This document shows positions 29,102-32,000 of a stretch of DNA of 32,000 nucleotides, piece after piece. Both the position numbers and the translations under genes were made by a program. The stretch is from contig NZ_CP114588.1 in the NCBI RefSeq assembly GCF_027286325.1, positions 1,481,317 to 1,513,316 on the forward strand, written 5' to 3'. Every line of letters begins with the position of its first letter. Positions within the stretch are counted from its first letter, which is position 1. Below the pieces are notes generated by a model. The model searched no databases, was not told the DNA's origin, and saw only the letters and a list, made by a program, of their open reading frames with translations. The stretch comes from Salinivibrio kushneri (GTDB lineage: Bacteria > Pseudomonadota > Gammaproteobacteria > Enterobacterales > Vibrionaceae).

Positions 29102-29659
29102 ATGCCCAAGAAGTTTTTCCAACGCTATATGCCCAAGCGTGAAACATTGCGCGACAATAAGGCACTCAGGGTGTTTGGTAGCCTGTTGCATGACCCCAAC
29201 TTATGGTGCCTTAACCGTCGGTCGGCATCCGGCGCCTTTGCCGTCGGCCTGTTTATGGCGTTTGTTCCTCTACCCAGTCAGATGATCATGGCCGCAGGGC
29301 TAGCGATCCTATTTGGGGTCAATTTGCCTCTGGCTGTGGCGTTGGTTTGGGTCAGTAACCCTATCACCATGCCGGTGCTTTTTTATCTCGCTTATAAGCT
29401 CGGCACCTGGATGATGAACAGCCCTCCATACCCGTTTCACTTCGAGCTCTCTTGGCACTATTTGGCGGAGCAAATGAGCCACATCGGCCCACCGTTTTTA
29501 TTAGGCTGCGCAACCAGCGGACTGGTGATGGCTGTGATCGGCTATTTCACCGTACGCGGCATCTGGCGCTATTCTGTGGTCAGAAGCTGGGAAAAACGTA
29601 AACTACGCTTGCCCAAGAAAATTAAAGAAGTGTTGCCTAATCCAAATAAGTCCTCTTAA
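29102..29659 (+). CDS. DUF2062 family inner-membrane protein
   Basis: The ORF is 185 aa. The N-terminus MPKKFFQRYMPKRETLRDNKALRVFGSLLHDPNLW is characteristic of DUF2062, and 3-4 hydrophobic helices follow. The family assignment is from memory, not from a search. Confidence 0.7.
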   Translation: MPKKFFQRYMPKRETLRDNKALRVFGSLLHDPNLWCLNRRSASGAFAVGLFMAFVPLPSQMIMAAGLAILFGVNLPLAVALVWVSNPITMPVLFYLAYKLGTWMMNSPPYPFHFELSWHYLAEQMSHIGPPFLLGCATSGLVMAVIGYFTVRGIWRYSVVRSWEKRKLRLPKKIKEVLPNPNKSS

Positions 29660-29782
29660 ATCGTCCTGATTTAATCTAAGTGAGGCATCAAACACGACCA
29701 AACGTCGTCAGTCAAAGTGCGACGCAACCGTCAGCCCCGCGTATGCAGATGATATTCACTTCAGGATTCACCGAGGTAGATC

Positions 29783-29806
29783 AAAAAGAGCCCATTGTTG
29801 GGCTCT
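29783..29806 (-). terminator. Rho-independent terminator downstream of lolE (the hairpin may also stop the convergent DUF2062 transcript)
   Basis: The minus strand reads AGAGCCCA-ACAA-TGGGCTCT followed by TTTTT. On the plus strand the trailing TGGTATT is a poor U-tract. Confidence 0.6.
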
Positions 29807-29862
29807 TGGTATTAGAAACGTTAAGCGTATTAGTAACCAAAGCACGCCAAGCAGCATGGCCA

Positions 29863-31101
29863 CTATTTGGCACTTAATACCGCGGCTGGCTCGAGCTGAC
29901 AGGCTCTTCGGGCAGGATACCAAGCGGCAAGCAAACTAAGCAGTATGGCCGTGCTACTTACCAGTACGACGTCAGCGGCATGCAGTTCACTGGGCAAGAA
30001 GTTAATAAAGTACACATCACCTGATAAAAAGCGATGCCCGAGCCACTGTTCGACCTGAGACAATATCGCCGTGAGGTGAGTGGCTAAGGTAACACCCAAT
30101 ACACTGCCCAACACACTGCCTAAGGCACCAGAAAAGAGCCCATACCAAATAAAGATGCGACGGATCAGTCGATCGTCCGCCCCCATGGTGCGCAAAATCG
30201 CGATGTCTGCGGCTCTATCTTTTACCGACATCATCAAGGTTGACACCACATTAAAGCAGGCCACGCCAATGACTAACACCATCACCAAGTACATGATGGT
30301 TCGCACCAATTGGATATCCCGATATAAATAACCAAACTCACTGGTCCAGTCTTTTAAATACACATAAGTGGTTAGCGTTTGGCCGACTTCATGCACAATC
30401 TGCCGCGCTTGCAACACCGGAGAGACTTTCAGCGACACACCGGTCACTGACTGGCCGATGCGCATAATAGTTTGCGCGTCCTGAAGTCGCATCAGGGCCA
30501 AGGAATGGTCGATTTGGCCACCAAGACGCAACAGTCCAGCCACTTGCATTCTCACCCGCTTCGGAGCACGCAATGCAAGCTGGCTATCCGTCGCGGGGAC
30601 CATGACCGTCAACCAATCCCCTTGACTGACGCCCAGCTTCGCCGCCACGCCTTGCCCCAACACAATCTGCGACTGCCCAGACGGCAAGCTCTCCCAGCCA
30701 CCTTCAATATAATCACCAATGCGACTCACCGTTTGCTCATACGCCGGCTCAACCGCGCGAATTTGCGCAGGCTGCAGCGCAGAGCCATGCTCCATCAACA
30801 CGGTCATTTCAACATAGGGAGCCGCAGCCACCACATTAGGATGCTGTTCAGTCTGACGTTTTACCTGTTGCCAATTATCGATGGGTCCATTGACACCAAA
30901 CACTTGTGCATGCGGTACCACCGACAACACACGTTGATTCAGTTCACGCTCAAACCCGTTCATCGCAGATAGACCTACAATGATCACCATTACCCCTACC
31001 GCAATCCCGATCACTGACGACAAGGAAATAAAGGAGACCAAGCGATTGCGTTGTCTGGCGCGACTAAAACGACGGCCTATTGCCAACGATAAAGGCTTCA
31101 T
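29863..31101 (-). CDS. lolE: Lipoprotein-releasing ABC transporter permease LolE
   Basis: The ORF is 412 aa. The N-terminus [35 protein letters not shown]...[21 protein letters not shown] matches E. coli LolE. It has the MacB-type FtsX fold, is the third gene after lolD, and overlaps lolD by ATGA. Confidence 0.9.
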   Translation of the reverse strand: MKPLSLAIGRRFSRARQRNRLVSFISLSSVIGIAVGVMVIIVGLSAMNGFERELNQRVLSVVPHAQVFGVNGPIDNWQQVKRQTEQHPNVVAAAPYVEMTVLMEHGSALQPAQIRAVEPAYEQTVSRIGDYIEGGWESLPSGQSQIVLGQGVAAKLGVSQGDWLTVMVPATDSQLALRAPKRVRMQVAGLLRLGGQIDHSLALMRLQDAQTIMRIGQSVTGVSLKVSPVLQARQIVHEVGQTLTTYVYLKDWTSEFGYLYRDIQLVRTIMYLVMVLVIGVACFNVVSTLMMSVKDRAADIAILRTMGADDRLIRRIFIWYGLFSGALGSVLGSVLGVTLATHLTAILSQVEQWLGHRFLSGDVYFINFLPSELHAADVVLVSSTAILLSLLAAWYPARRACQLEPAAVLSAK

Positions 31102-31787
31102 GCTCCCTCCTGCCCCAGCAATTGACCATCTTGCATCGTCAGCTGACGGTCTAGCTTGGCGGCAAGTTCGCTATCGTGGGTCACCACCAAAAATGCCGTG
31201 CCATGCTGCGCGTTGAGCTGACGCATCAAATCATAAATTTCCAGGGCGGTGGTATGATCAAGGTTCCCCGTAGGCTCATCGGCTAACACTAACTTGGGTT
31301 CATTGACTAACGCACGTGCAATGGCCACACGCTGGCGCTCGCCACCTGAGAGCTCCGATGGACGGTGACTGAGTCGGTGTCCAACCCCAACGGCTGTTAG
31401 CATCGCCGTGGCGCGTTCAGACGCAGCACTGTGGCTCATTTTGTTAATCAACAGCGGCATCATCACATTTTCCAGCGCAGTGAAATCGGCAAGCAAATGG
31501 TGAAACTGATATACAAACCCCAACGTCTGATTGCGTAGTTTCGCTTGCTCGCTGGCTTTCATCGCACTGACTGACTCCCCTTGTATCTGCACATCGCCCT
31601 CCGACGGCAAGTCGAGGGTTCCCAAGGTGTGTAATAATGTACTTTTCCCCGAGCCCGAGGAGCCCACTATCGCCACCAGCTCTCCCGGGGCAATGGTCAA
31701 GGACACATCGTTTAACACGCAGGTCGGCTGTCCGCCCTCTTGATACGTTTTACTGACGCGGTGACAGGACAACAAAGATTTACTCAT
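31098..31787 (-). CDS. lolD: Lipoprotein-releasing system ATP-binding protein LolD
   Basis: I re-called the start to the ATG at 31787 ([18 protein letters not shown]), giving 229 aa and an 8-nt overlap with the lolC stop. It has Walker [10 protein letters not shown], the signature [15 protein letters not shown] and Walker [13 protein letters not shown]. Confidence 0.93.
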   Translation of the reverse strand: MSKSLLSCHRVSKTYQEGGQPTCVLNDVSLTIAPGELVAIVGSSGSGKSTLLHTLGTLDLPSEGDVQIQGESVSAMKASEQAKLRNQTLGFVYQFHHLLADFTALENVMMPLLINKMSHSAASERATAMLTAVGVGHRLSHRPSELSGGERQRVAIARALVNEPKLVLADEPTGNLDHTTALEIYDLMRQLNAQHGTAFLVVTHDSELAAKLDRQLTMQDGQLLGQEGA

Positions 31788-32000
31788 AACGCAGTGCCTC
31801 AGCAGGGTGAACAGATGCCGCTTTAAATGCAGGAAATAGCGTGGCCAGCACACTTAGCACGACTGCTAAGCCTAATACCATCGCCACATGAAAAGGATTG
31901 ATAACCACAGGTAACGCCAAACCATTACCCAACAAACTCACACCAAAAATAGACATAATTTCATTGATATATGCTGATAGGAGCACGCCGAGGATGCCAC
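31780..32000 (-). CDS. lolC: Lipoprotein-releasing ABC transporter permease LolC, C-terminal fragment (runs off the window)
   Basis: The C-terminal FtsX-type TM helices end in [19 protein letters not shown], directly upstream of lolD. The ORF is open to the window edge. Confidence 0.8.
   Translation of the reverse strand, partial: GILGVLLSAYINEIMSIFGVSLLGNGLALPVVINPFHVAMVLGLAVVLSVLATLFPAFKAASVHPAEALRYE

Noticed and set aside
30472-30972. A 166-aa ORF lies on the plus strand inside lolE.
   Set aside because: It is antisense to lolE, which has clear homology. The product is rich in R, H and L with no motifs, so it is a shadow ORF.
31788-31853. The ORF track gives lolD a 22-codon N-terminal extension ([12 protein letters not shown]...).
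   Set aside because: The extension lies inside the lolC coding region. The LolD homology begins at MSKSLL (ATG at 31787), which gives the usual short stop/start overlap.

Overview
This is a 32-kb chromosomal segment of a MukBEF-carrying gammaproteobacterium, about 50% GC by eye. The proteins align readily with E. coli orthologues but are diverged. A Vibrionales-like marine lineage is my guess, and I cannot verify it without a search. I can support 24 protein-coding genes. I see no rRNA or tRNA, no CRISPR array, no IS, transposase or integrase, and no recognisable prophage or defence genes. The right two-thirds (14.7-32 kb) is a core envelope and chromosome-maintenance block collinear with E. 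coli: lolC(partial)-lolD-lolE, a DUF2062 gene, comEC-msbA-lpxK-ycaR-kdsB, elyC, and cmoM-mukF-mukE-mukB. The left part (1.9-14.7 kb) sits between mukB and ldtD, which are neighbours in E. coli, and holds the accessory content. That content is two tandem 771-aa chemoreceptor paralogues with large periplasmic sensor domains, a PAT-type GNAT acetyltransferase, a YdhF-like aldo-keto reductase, a MarR regulator, and a four-gene operon. The operon encodes imelysin / di-haem cytochrome c / imelysin / DUF1513, all predicted to be exported, and is preceded by a Fur-box-like site. It is a conserved, iron-associated cluster whose biochemical role is still unresolved, and it is the best candidate here for an under-described system. 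I found no evidence for a genuinely new system beyond it, and most of the window is ordinary. I re-called several gene starts from Shine-Dalgarno and signal-peptide logic where the ORF track over-extends.
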